Source of the DNA: Rikenellaceae bacterium
Lineage (GTDB): Bacteria > Bacteroidota > Bacteroidia > Bacteroidales > Rikenellaceae
Direction: 5' to 3'
Assembly: GCA_047174325.1 (NCBI GenBank)
Contig: JBCQUE010000007.1
Span: 6,059-70,058 of the forward strand
DNA length: 64,000 nt
Every line of letters starts with the position of its first letter. Position 1 is the stretch's first letter. The notes under the pieces are model-generated. The model did no database searches. It saw only the letters and a list, made by a program, of their open reading frames with translations, and had not been told where the DNA came from. Made by a program: the position numbers and the translations under genes. Shown here piece after piece: positions 49,945 through 59,900 of this stretch.

Positions 49945-50928
49945 CTATCTACAGCTCCACTCAGTTTTCTCGACACTCTTGTGCGGATAGTATCTAAAGT
50001 AGTCGAAATCTATTGAGTGGTCGCCTTTGTGGAATTGACACGAACCATCCTCGATGCTCTTATATAGGTAGCGTGAAACAACATTGCCCAGCAACCAGAA
50101 ACAAGGCTGTGCAGCCGAACGCCCAATTGTTGTTGGTGTATAGCTCAATGCAGGGTCTGTTTTGTTGTCATCCACAAAACGAACATCCTGTATATTGAGG
50201 TCAACCCATTTTCCATCTCGCCACTCCCAAATACGTAGATAATCGGGCGAATACTCAAATCCAACTGTTGCCCACTCGCCATCCTTATGCTTAATCGTAT
50301 TGGTCAACACAGCCTTCTCTTGCCCCTTGCCCGATGTCACCACCTTACGGCTCTTGCCCTCCTTTGGAACAAATCGTGCAGGTGCATCACAAGCCCAACC
50401 GTTATGACTTGTCTCCCACTCCATAAGGTCAATCTCGATCCAGTTGCCCGAATGTTTCACTCGCTTCGTGCTCTCAGCGATATTACTGTTGATTCCAGAC
50501 CAAACCGATGGGTGCCAAATCGTTTTGTTACCCTTCAACACATCTTCGCCAAGTCCATTTATACGGAACTTCACAACGTAAAATCCAAAGTAGCCAGCCG
50601 ATTTTGTGACGATTCCTGCAGTGCGTGGTTTCCCATCCTTTGCTGTCGCCTTAACTGACACGTACTCAATACGTTCGCCGCCTTTCGTGTCGCTCTCCAT
50701 CGTCACTAGCGACTTATCGCCAACATACTTTTCGACCATATAACCGCCCGTGTTGCGTCGTCCCCACTTCGACCAATCAAGCTTTGTGCCGTTAAATTCG
50801 TCTGATACTTTAGCATCAATCTTTGTTGAATAGCTCCTTGCTACAGCTGCAGGTAAATCGCTGGGGCTCTGTGCAATAACCATCGATACAGCAGCGATCA
50901 AAGCCACTGATAAAATCTCTCTCTTCAT
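49945..50928 (-). CDS. Secreted GH16-like glycoside hydrolase
   Basis: Signal peptide, SDEFNGTKLDWSKW, catalytic EIDLME motif, C-terminal DYFRYY. Confidence 0.8.
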   Translation of the reverse strand: MKREILSVALIAAVSMVIAQSPSDLPAAVARSYSTKIDAKVSDEFNGTKLDWSKWGRRNTGGYMVEKYVGDKSLVTMESDTKGGERIEYVSVKATAKDGKPRTAGIVTKSAGYFGFYVVKFRINGLGEDVLKGNKTIWHPSVWSGINSNIAESTKRVKHSGNWIEIDLMEWETSHNGWACDAPARFVPKEGKSRKVVTSGKGQEKAVLTNTIKHKDGEWATVGFEYSPDYLRIWEWRDGKWVDLNIQDVRFVDDNKTDPALSYTPTTIGRSAAQPCFWLLGNVVSRYLYKSIEDGSCQFHKGDHSIDFDYFRYYPHKSVEKTEWSCR

Positions 50929-50963
50929 ATTTTATAGTTTAGGTTATAAGTTCTGTATAGTCG

Positions 50964-51431
50964 TTATCTTATTCGGTCGACTGATCTCACCAACAGCTCA
51001 TCGCTAAGGATCGCCTTACCAGCCAAAACGCACAAAACAATTGCCGCTGCAGGGGCAAATAGTGCAGGGTGGAAACCTACGCTCTCAACACCAACACCCT
51101 CAAAAGCACGTGTTCCGAGATATGTATAAGCGCCAATCATTGCGTAGTTACCAACGAGCACAACCCCCTCGATTCCACAGAGACGAAGCTGCAACATTCG
51201 ATTCTTAAATAAAAAAACATTGATCAATGGAACAATGATAGCCGCTGCCGCCAACACCATCATATAGATCGTCCCTTGAATCTCGCCACCCGAGGCGGTC
51301 TTAACGCCCACAGCATAGATGTTAAACAGCTCGCCATTAGCGGTCGAAAAGTAGGTCAACGGCAGAAACATAGCCGCTACCGAAAGCCCTGCAATAAGTA
51401 ATAAATAGAGTGTCTGTACTCTCTGTATCAT
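50964..51431 (-). CDS. DUF4293 family membrane protein
   Basis: MIQRVQTLYL, FKNRMLQ, DELLVRSVDRIR. Confidence 0.9.
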   Translation of the reverse strand: MIQRVQTLYLLLIAGLSVAAMFLPLTYFSTANGELFNIYAVGVKTASGGEIQGTIYMMVLAAAAIIVPLINVFLFKNRMLQLRLCGIEGVVLVGNYAMIGAYTYLGTRAFEGVGVESVGFHPALFAPAAAIVLCVLAGKAILSDELLVRSVDRIR

Positions 51432-51467
51432 AATTTTCTAATTTAAATTTCACACATTTTAAAGGCG

Positions 51468-51586
51468 CTCTTCGCACCGCCTAATCCAACTCTTCGCACC
51501 AGCTAATCCAACTCTTCGCACCACCTAATCCAACTCTTCGCACCAGCTAATCCAACTCTTCGCACCACCTAATCCAGCTCTTCATC
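51468..51586. repeat. 22-bp tandem array x5 copied from the GT2 gene end
   Basis: ctcttcgcacca(g/c)ctaatccaa; final copy ctaatccagctcttc is EELD-stop. Confidence 0.95.
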
Positions 51587-52537
51587 AATCAAATATCTAT
51601 TTCGCTCCGATGAATTGCGGTTTATAAGCTCCCCAAGGAATCCAGCCAAAAAGAGCTGTACACCCAATATTATAGCCATAATCGAGATATAAAACAGCGG
51701 CTGATCACTCACCGCACGAGCCACCAATCCAATCGACTGCTTATAGAGTTTCAGCCCGATTATATAGGTCGTAATTGCTCCACCAAAGAGGAACATAATC
51801 GTCCCGAGACCACCAAAGAAGTACATAGGTGAGCGCCCAAAACGAGATATAAACGTCACAGTGATGAGATCCAAGTATCCCTTAACCATACGCTCCAGCC
51901 CAAATTTCGAGACTCCATATTTACGTGCTCTATGCTCCACAACCTTCTCGCCAATCTGCTTATATCCAGCGTGTTTTGCAAGTATCGGGATGTATCTGTG
52001 CATCTCGCCATAGAGCTCAATCGACTTGATGACCCGACGGCGATACGCCTTTAGTCCACAGTTGAAATCGTGCAGCTTAATACCCGACACAAATCGAGCC
52101 GTCACATTAAAAAAGCGACTAGGGAAACGCTTGCTGATTGGATCATAACGCCTCTGTTTCCAACCCGAAACAAGGTCATAACCCTCCTCCAGCACCATAC
52201 GTCTCATCTCGGGGATCTCATCTGGCGAATCCTGCAGATCGGCATCAAGTGTAAAGACCACATCGCCCTCGGCCATCTTAAAACCGAGATACAACGCTGC
52301 CGACTTTCCATAGTTTCGTCTAAAGCTTGTCGCACGTATCAAACCCTCATACTCACCGTGCAGCCTCTGAACAACCGCCCAAGAGCCATCACGTGAGCCA
52401 TCATCGATGAGTATAATCTCACAACTAAGCGAATTTTCACGAACCACACGATCGATCCACGCAACCAACTCAGGCAGCGACTCCACCTCGTTATACAGCG
52501 GCACAACGATCGAAATATCTACCCTCCTACTGCTCAT
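51569..52537 (-). CDS. GT2 glycosyltransferase (ArnC/GtrB-like)
   Basis: ISIVVPLYNE, DDGSRD, RNYGKSAAL, DADLQD, HDFNCGLKAYR; ATG 52537 overlaps the upstream stop. Confidence 0.93.
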   Translation of the reverse strand: MSSRRVDISIVVPLYNEVESLPELVAWIDRVVRENSLSCEIILIDDGSRDGSWAVVQRLHGEYEGLIRATSFRRNYGKSAALYLGFKMAEGDVVFTLDADLQDSPDEIPEMRRMVLEEGYDLVSGWKQRRYDPISKRFPSRFFNVTARFVSGIKLHDFNCGLKAYRRRVIKSIELYGEMHRYIPILAKHAGYKQIGEKVVEHRARKYGVSKFGLERMVKGYLDLITVTFISRFGRSPMYFFGGLGTIMFLFGGAITTYIIGLKLYKQSIGLVARAVSDQPLFYISIMAIILGVQLFLAGFLGELINRNSSERNRYLIDEELD

Positions 52538-53129
52538 CACTCTCGACTGTTTGATACTCAGGCTGCTGTGGCTTGCGCTTTGTAAAGAGCCCGATGATGC
52601 CGCCAATTGCAAAGCCCGTGATTATATAGTTCGCCACCATTGATATTGTCGTTGAGAATATCGATGGTGGGTTCTCGCCCGATTGGCGAATTGTCTCTGT
52701 CGATGAGGCGTAAAAGTCGGTCATATCTTGCGACACATCAACCTCTGAGATCACCTTCATAAGCGAATCGGCACTCAGTTGCGCATACTCGCCATAGCCG
52801 CCAATCACATTCACAACATAGATGTGTGAACTGATGCCAACGATCACCGCCGCCATTGCCGAGATGATAACCGAATAGTTGATAATCATCCTCACCGAGT
52901 AGCCCATCTCAGGGTGCTCCGACACAACAACATCACCACGCTTTTTTGTAGCGATATAGATGATGTAGATATATGCAGCGACGCTACCGATCCACTCAAT
53001 AGTCAATCCAGCAAATTGCGACAGCTCGCCCGAAATGAGAACCTTAGTCTCAAAAATTCGTGACGCACTCATCAAAACACCCAGCAGCAACGCCCACATC
53101 GCCGCACTATTAAACATATCTCTATTCAT
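52527..53129 (-). CDS. DUF4199-like membrane protein
   Basis: Four hydrophobic segments; position upstream of the GT2 gene. Confidence 0.65.
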   Translation of the reverse strand: MNRDMFNSAAMWALLLGVLMSASRIFETKVLISGELSQFAGLTIEWIGSVAAYIYIIYIATKKRGDVVVSEHPEMGYSVRMIINYSVIISAMAAVIVGISSHIYVVNVIGGYGEYAQLSADSLMKVISEVDVSQDMTDFYASSTETIRQSGENPPSIFSTTISMVANYIITGFAIGGIIGLFTKRKPQQPEYQTVESDEQ

Positions 53130-53144
53130 AGTCAGTTTTCAAAA

Positions 53145-53747
53145 TTACAAAATCAAATCTACATCGCCCTCACGAACAATCTCCACATCACCCTCGCTCA
53201 GATCGACAACGGTTGATGGCGATGCGTTGCCGATCCCTCCATCCACAACACAATCAACCTTGCCACACCACACCTCGTGGATCAACTCGGCATCGGTCAG
53301 ATACTCCTGTTCGACATCACTTTTGAGTGAGGTTGTGAGCATCGGTTCGCCCAACATATCGACAATCGCTAAGGCTATCGGGTTGCTCGGAATACGCACA
53401 CCGATGGTCTTTCGCTTGCCCAATATCTTGTCGGGCAGCCGTGAGAGGCTCTTTAAAACAAATGTGATCGCCGCTGGAGTGTTGCGCTTAAGCAGCTTAA
53501 AGACGTTGTTATCGACCTTGCAATACTCCGAAACGGAGCTTATTGAACTAAAGATAAGCGACATATCTCGACTATCCTTGCCGCTCAATTTGCGCAGCTT
53601 CTCCACACCTTTATTCGACCCCACGGCACAGCCAATTGCGTAGAGACTATCTGTAGGGTAGATCACTACCCCACCATTTTGCAGCAGGTCGCATATGCGT
53701 TGCAGCTCCTTCTCGGATGTATTCTCTCTATATAATTTTATAATCAT
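53145..53747 (-). CDS. Sua5/YciO/YrdC family protein
   Basis: YPTDSLYAIGC, GVRIP, LTTS, STVVDL; ATG 53747 downstream of TATATTTG box at 53753-53760. Confidence 0.92.
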   Translation of the reverse strand: MIIKLYRENTSEKELQRICDLLQNGGVVIYPTDSLYAIGCAVGSNKGVEKLRKLSGKDSRDMSLIFSSISSVSEYCKVDNNVFKLLKRNTPAAITFVLKSLSRLPDKILGKRKTIGVRIPSNPIALAIVDMLGEPMLTTSLKSDVEQEYLTDAELIHEVWCGKVDCVVDGGIGNASPSTVVDLSEGDVEIVREGDVDLIL

Positions 53748-53865
53748 CGCAACAAATATAGTAATATTTAAGTGACCTACAAATTTTCTCACGTAATAAA
53801 TCTATTCACTTCGCTTTTATTCACACATTCGCCTCGCTTTTTATTCACACAAGCGCCCCCGAAAT

Positions 53866-54891
53866 CTATCTAATTCTTAGTTTATTGAGCGCCTCGGAGT
53901 AGCGCTGTGCATTGCGCAAATGTTGCGAATATGAGCTTGTAAAGTTGTGTCGCCCATCGAGTTGCTCACGTGCACAGAAGTAGATGTAGTTGTGTCTTTC
54001 GTAGTTGAGCACAGCATCCACAGCGGCAATGCTCGGTATCGCAATCGGTGATGGCGGCAACCCCTTATATATATAGGTGTTGTATGGCGAGTCGTAAGCG
54101 AGGTGTTTGTTAAGTATTCGTTTGAGCGAGAAGTCACCCACCGCAAACTTCACCGTTGGGTCGGCCTGTAGCTTCATCCCTCGCTGCAACCGATTCACAT
54201 AGACCCCTGCAACACGCTGCAACTCATCCGCCGTAGAGCACTCCTCGTGTACGATCGATGCAAGTGTAATTACCTCTACCCTACTCAACTTCAGCTCTTT
54301 ACGCCTCTCGTCCCGTGCACCACTCCAAAAAATATCGCTCTCACGTTTCATCCGTTTTATCAACTCTTCAGGCGTTATGTTCCACCAAATTTCATACGTA
54401 TTCGGAATAAATAGCGACACCAATTCAGCGCTGCTCTTCAGCCCAAGACCTTTGGCTAACTCATTAGAGTGCAGCACATTAAGCAGCGCCACAGAGTCCG
54501 CCTCGATCTGCTGAGCGATCCGACCAGCAAGATTCTCCGCCAACCGTACATTATTAAACGTCACCTCCACAGGCGACTGAATACCCAACTTCAACATTCG
54601 CACCAAACCCACGACACTCATCCCCTCTCGCAACTCATATCGCCCCGAACGTATTCGAGCAGGCAAATTCAGTCGCTCCGCATAAAAATTAAATGCAGCA
54701 CGGTGTTTGATATTTTGGAGCACCGTACGCTCTATAGTCTGCTCATACTCATCGCCCTCCAAATCACTACTGCTCAAATATATAACCTCATCCCGAACGA
54801 CAGCATTACCATAAAATTGTTGCCACGCAATCAAGAGTGCCACAGCTCCAAGGAGTGCGCCAACAGCAATGAGTATAAAAATTCTTCTCAA
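53866..54891 (-). CDS. mltG: Endolytic transglycosylase MltG
   Basis: LASIVHEE, LQADPTV, SPYNTY..GLPPSPI, YIYFCA. Confidence 0.95.
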   Translation of the reverse strand: MRRIFILIAVGALLGAVALLIAWQQFYGNAVVRDEVIYLSSSDLEGDEYEQTIERTVLQNIKHRAAFNFYAERLNLPARIRSGRYELREGMSVVGLVRMLKLGIQSPVEVTFNNVRLAENLAGRIAQQIEADSVALLNVLHSNELAKGLGLKSSAELVSLFIPNTYEIWWNITPEELIKRMKRESDIFWSGARDERRKELKLSRVEVITLASIVHEECSTADELQRVAGVYVNRLQRGMKLQADPTVKFAVGDFSLKRILNKHLAYDSPYNTYIYKGLPPSPIAIPSIAAVDAVLNYERHNYIYFCAREQLDGRHNFTSSYSQHLRNAQRYSEALNKLRIR

Positions 54892-54896
54892 CTTAT

Positions 54897-54927
54897 TTTG
54901 GATATTAATAATTTTTATCTACTTTTG
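54897..54927 (+). promoter_or_regulatory. Promoter of the SRP RNA
   Basis: TTTG (54897-54900), 19 nt, TACTTTTG (54920-54927): the -33/-7 consensus. Confidence 0.75.
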
Positions 54928-54931
54928 TGCT

Positions 54932-55027
54932 CGGGTAAGTCTTATACGACCAGCTCCTACTAATCCCCCAGGTGAGGAATCAAGCAAGGGTACGTGGTCG
55001 AGCGGTGCGATATAAGTAGCTTACCCA
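54932..55027 (+). ncRNA. ffs: Small bacterial SRP RNA (4.5S)
   Basis: ~95-nt rod closed by gggtaag/cttaccc; helix-8 signature CAGG-TGA-GGAA-TCA-AGCA; own promoter and T-run. Confidence 0.9.
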
Positions 55028-55063
55028 TTTTTTGTGTCCATACCTCAACCTAATTTTTAATCA

Positions 55064-55181
55064 TCAAGCCAAGTTAAAAGAGCGATTAAAACCGTCAAGC
55101 CAGCCAAGCTAAAAGAGCGATTAAAACCGTCAAGCCAGCCAAGCTAAAAGAGCGATTAAAACCGTCAAGCCAAGCTAAAAG
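55064..55181. repeat. 35-bp tandem array x3
   Basis: accgtcaagc at 55091, 55126, 55161; unit agccaagctaaaagagcgattaaaaccgtcaagcc. Confidence 0.93.
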
Positions 55182-55195
55182 GGAGCTAGCTCCCC
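55166..55195 (-). repeat. REP-like palindromic element (copy 2)
   Basis: caagccaagctaaaagggagctagctcccc = reverse complement of 8648-8678 apart from one T. Confidence 0.85.
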
Positions 55196-55203
55196 TAGCT
55201 CCC

Positions 55204-56952
55204 CTAGAACAGCTCCATCTTTACGCCCGCCATCACATTTATTCCATACTCTCTATAACCAACCCATCGGTATAGATCATCATTGATAAGGTTACGAGCC
55301 TCAGCAAAGATCACCATCGAGCGCTTAACACGATAGTCGACCGACACACCAAGGTCAAACGTTGCTGGGATCTCTACCCGATCATAAGTCGTCCAGTTGT
55401 ATGGATAACACGCCCAACTGCACTCACGACTACCCAACAGCTCTCCATCGAGACCAAAGCGCCAATTTCCAAGGCGATACTTCGCACCCAAGCGCAACTC
55501 TACAGAGGGCTCACAATCGGCCAACACCTGCATCTCATCATTGTCATAACTGGCGAACTTAAACTCTGTCCAGAGGTTGAGATTCGAGAGCGGCTGATAC
55601 TCGATGCTGCCGTTCAAACTAAAGCTGCTCTGTGTCGAGTAACTAGCCAAGAATGCGTTGTCCGTAGCGCTCCCGTTCCAGCTCTCAACCAATACCCAAT
55701 AGAGATTATTCTTGATAGCCTCATATCCAAGCGAGAGGTTATAACCCAAACGTCCATCATTGATCGCCCCCTTAACACCCAACGATGTGTTGTACCTCAC
55801 GCCACTCTCCGCCGAGAAGAGACCAGCGGCAATGTATGGATTCTCACGGCTCAATGTTGCAAAGTCTCTATAGAGCAACTCACCCTCTGATCTGAAGTAA
55901 CCGACCGCCATTCGTCCGCTAATGTTGTAGCTCAGCTCAACATCGGGCACGAGATAATTTCCAACCCTGTTGTCGAGATCCAAGCCAGTGCCTGACCCCG
56001 ACCAAAGCGCCCGTGTATCATTATCTGACAGTGCCACGCAACCCACTTGATGCGGGCTGTATGAGACCCTGTCGTTGTAGAATCCAAATCCAACCTTCAC
56101 GCCCCAATTCTCACCACGGGCTCCATATTTAGCCCCAATGTTTAGAGTGTTATTTAGATAGTCATCAGCACCCCAAACACTCCGATAGCCACCACCAACG
56201 ACAACTTCGCCACCACCAAAACCACGCCCCACAAGAGCACCAACATCGAAACGACCGTTGTAATAATCCGATCTACTCCAGAAGTACTCAGCGCCACCCG
56301 AAACAGCAAAGTTTAGCCTCTGCATATTTGTGAAATCATCGCCATAGCGACCCTTAAAATCGATGCTCTGATAGAGTGGATAGCGATCCAAATCACCATC
56401 AGTTGCATATCTACTCCAACGCTCATTCTCATAGTTAACACCCCCCTCAAGTGTGCGTTTCAACACTCGACGACCAGCCGCCACGCCACCTCTAAAGTAG
56501 TTCTGCACAGCATCTTCACCAACTCCATAATTACTCTCTCGATCGGCAAATTGCCCCCTCTGATTCAAGTAGCCCATCAAGTAGCCCTCGCTACTAACAA
56601 TCGGCGTAGCGTATAGATCCGCCACCGTCTGCAACGGAGCACCAACGCCCAACTTTGTGTAGTAACGACCCTGTGGCTCATACTCCTCAAGGTTGATGCT
56701 CACGGGCTGATAACGAGCCGTCTCCAACGTTGTCTCTATTGACACGGGTGTAATCGAGTAGTCGATGTCGGGCTTAATGTAGCTATCATCCGTCAAATCG
56801 GGCGTAAGGCGTAGCTTTGTAGCGCCCTTAACTTCAGGCACGTACGCACGTGTCACCTCCACCTCTTTATCCACTTCGGCTGCAAATCCGCCCATCGCAA
56901 CGGCTGTGAGCACCAAAGAATATATAATACCTCTTTTCATCATTTTCTTCAT
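55204..56952 (-). CDS. Outer-membrane beta-barrel protein (TonB-receptor-like, no obvious plug)
   Basis: Signal peptide, VEVTRAYVPEV N-terminus, amphipathic strands, RNLIND..Y..W, C-terminal Phe. Confidence 0.75.
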   Translation of the reverse strand: MKKMMKRGIIYSLVLTAVAMGGFAAEVDKEVEVTRAYVPEVKGATKLRLTPDLTDDSYIKPDIDYSITPVSIETTLETARYQPVSINLEEYEPQGRYYTKLGVGAPLQTVADLYATPIVSSEGYLMGYLNQRGQFADRESNYGVGEDAVQNYFRGGVAAGRRVLKRTLEGGVNYENERWSRYATDGDLDRYPLYQSIDFKGRYGDDFTNMQRLNFAVSGGAEYFWSRSDYYNGRFDVGALVGRGFGGGEVVVGGGYRSVWGADDYLNNTLNIGAKYGARGENWGVKVGFGFYNDRVSYSPHQVGCVALSDNDTRALWSGSGTGLDLDNRVGNYLVPDVELSYNISGRMAVGYFRSEGELLYRDFATLSRENPYIAAGLFSAESGVRYNTSLGVKGAINDGRLGYNLSLGYEAIKNNLYWVLVESWNGSATDNAFLASYSTQSSFSLNGSIEYQPLSNLNLWTEFKFASYDNDEMQVLADCEPSVELRLGAKYRLGNWRFGLDGELLGSRECSWACYPYNWTTYDRVEIPATFDLGVSVDYRVKRSMVIFAEARNLINDDLYRWVGYREYGINVMAGVKMELF

Positions 56953-56987
56953 CTATTCTAAACGGGAGCTTTACCCTCTCCCTAAAT

Positions 56988-59900
56988 CTATTTCAACTCT
57001 CCGATCTTCTGCTTAGCCTCATCGATCACCCCATCGCTCTGATTGGAGTAACCATCGACAATACTCTGATATGTAGCTCGTGCCTGGAAATTATCCTCCT
57101 CGGCAACATATATATCGCCCAACAAAATGAAACTCTTCGCCAACCAATAGGCATCGACACCCTCCATCTCCGAGTACTCAAATATCATCTCCTTAGCTCG
57201 CTCCCTCTCACCTGCTCGATACCGATCTTCAATTACGTAGTAACGAGCCTCGCTGCTGTACTCCGATCCTCCCTCCGCCAAAGTTTGGTAAATCTTCAAA
57301 GCTTCTCGCCTCTTGCCGCTCTCACGCAACGCTGTAGCCCGTGCATAGTTCGCCTTGGTGAGTGCATCTGCTCCGACAGCCGCCTCGCCCAACGCAATAA
57401 TATCGTCACTCGCCTTGGTCACTATCGCCTTGTCACCCGATAATATCGCTGCATCGATATATCTCGACATCGCCATCTGTCGTGTGTTGCGGCTCTTCGT
57501 CACGTCAAACAGCGAGCGACTAGCCCGAGCCGACTTTGCATACTCACCTTGATCAAAACAGAGCTCCGATAACTTCGAGTAGAGAATCTCGCTGTATTGG
57601 CTCTGACCCCTCTCGCCCAACACCTCAAGCGTCTTTATCGCCTTTGTGCTCTCGCCCATCTTGATGTAGCTATCACTCAAGAAGAATAGTGCATCATTGA
57701 GGTAGTAACCCTTCGGATAGCTACGAATGTAACTATCGAGTGCCGTAGCTGCATCACGCATCTTACCCTTCGATTTATCCCCAGCAAAATAGAGCCCACG
57801 AGCCGATGCAAACGACAATGAATCACGTGTCACAGCGTTCAAATCGCCCTCCATACCGATCGATTCCGCATACTTAAAGTAAGCCTCAGCATCTCCGCCA
57901 CCGATATGAATCTCACGCACTCCCTGCATAGCATCCTTCGCAATTTGCGACTGTGGTGCAGCCTTGATCGCTCGGTCGTAATACTCCAGTGCTCGCCCCC
58001 TCTCGCCAACGTTGTAATATGCAACGCCCAAATCCGAGAGCGCCTGAGCATAGAGCGGTGACGATGGATACTGATCCAAGAAGGCTAGGTGTGAATTGAT
58101 TGCATCTCGATACTGCTCCACAGCGATGTAGCTACGTCCCAACTCATACTTTGCATCATCCATATACTCCTCGCCCAACTCAGGTGTATCAATTCCCTTT
58201 AACTGTACGATCTTACCCTGTGTGTCGCCCTGAATACCCTTGATGATTGCGACTTGATAGCGAGCATAGTTGCTCCCCTCGCCACCCCTCGCCACCGATT
58301 TGTTGTAATTATTAGCCGCCTCGCTGAAGTTGCGTGAGGTGTAGTAAATATCGCCAATTCGGCTGTAGCTATCGGCACGCAAAGCCGCCACTGCTGCAGG
58401 TGATGCAACGTATCGTTTGAAGTAATCCAAAGCCGAAAGCTCGTTGCCATCCTTCAGCAGCGCATAACCTAAACTATACTGAGCCTCCACAGTCGTTGGA
58501 TCACTCTTCGGAGCACGAGCCAAATAATAATTATATCGCTCAACAGCCTCTGCGTAGCGCCCCTCCAAGAAGTCCACCTCACCCATCCAATAAGATGCCA
58601 AGGCGATCTGCTTAGCCGTCACACCGATCTTGATCGATTCACCAAGATACAACATCGCCTCGTCATAATCCTTGCCTATATAACGCTCCAAACCTCTGAG
58701 GTAAGTAATCTTCTGCTTTGCCGCCTTGATCTCACCATCGGGATCTTTTATGAGCTTAATATTCTCATAAGCCGCTGCATAGTCTCGGGTGTTGTAATAA
58801 GCCGCAACAAGCAGCGTTCTCGCTGTGGTCAATCGACTAGGGTCACTGTAAGTCGTCACGTATCGAGTGAGGAGATTAACCGACTCGTTGAACACTCCAT
58901 CGCCCAACTCATACTGCAACTTAGCGTAGTTAAACAGCGCCTCTTCAGCGATCTGCTTATTGAATTTATCGTTTGCCGCCATCGAGAATGCTCGCTTAGC
59001 GCCACTCTTATTCTCAGTGTGGATATAACAATTCGCCAAGTGAAACGAGGCGTTCTGTGTCATCTCGTCATCAGCACCGCACACCCTCTTCAGCGACTCG
59101 ATAGCCTCAGCAAACCAGCCCAATTGATGCAGCGAAAAGCCCTTGATGTAGTTCTCCTCACGTCCCAACTCACCGCCAGCCTCAGCGTAGCGATCAATAA
59201 GGCTCAGCGCCTCTTCATACTCTCGCAACCTAAAGTGTGCCTCGGCAAGTGTCCTCACAACATCGACCTGTTTTTGAGCCAAAGAGCCCTCCAAAATCTT
59301 GTCGCCATACTCAATAGCCTTTCGGTAATTCTCCACCAAAAATTCGATCTGCATTAAGTAATACGGAGCGATTGGCGCAAATAGCTCATTACTCTGCAAC
59401 TCCTCAAAACCCTTGCGAGAGTCTGTGTAGTTTCCGTCAATGTAGTTGATGTATGAGGTACAGTAGAGTGCGTGAGGGTGATATTCACTCCCCTCATCAA
59501 TGCGCCCCAAGTGCTCCTTGGCACCATCAAAATCTCGCTCCACAAAGGAGAGGTAGCCCATCTGAATGTTGTAGCGCTCACGATCCGCCTCCGATAGTCG
59601 CCTCGATTTAACACCGCCAAGCAGCGCCAAAGCCTCCGCCGAAGCGCCATCGTTTGCCAAGATCAAGCCACGAATAAAGTTCACATCATTAGAGTATGGA
59701 GCCTCAGGATAGAGCTGCAAAAAGGCGACCAATCCATCATCGCTACCCTCCGCCTCCATCTTCACGCCACACAGAGCCAAGCCATAATCAAGCCTCTGTC
59801 GCTCCAATGGGCTCATCTCGCCCCAATCACGACGAGCCTCCAACAACTCGACACGAGCATCCACCCATCGACCCATATCGACAAGTTCAAACCCTCTAGT

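Noticed and set aside
54932-55027. Novel structured ncRNA
   Set aside because: The CAGG-NNN-GGAA-NNN-AGCA signature and length identify it as the ordinary SRP RNA.
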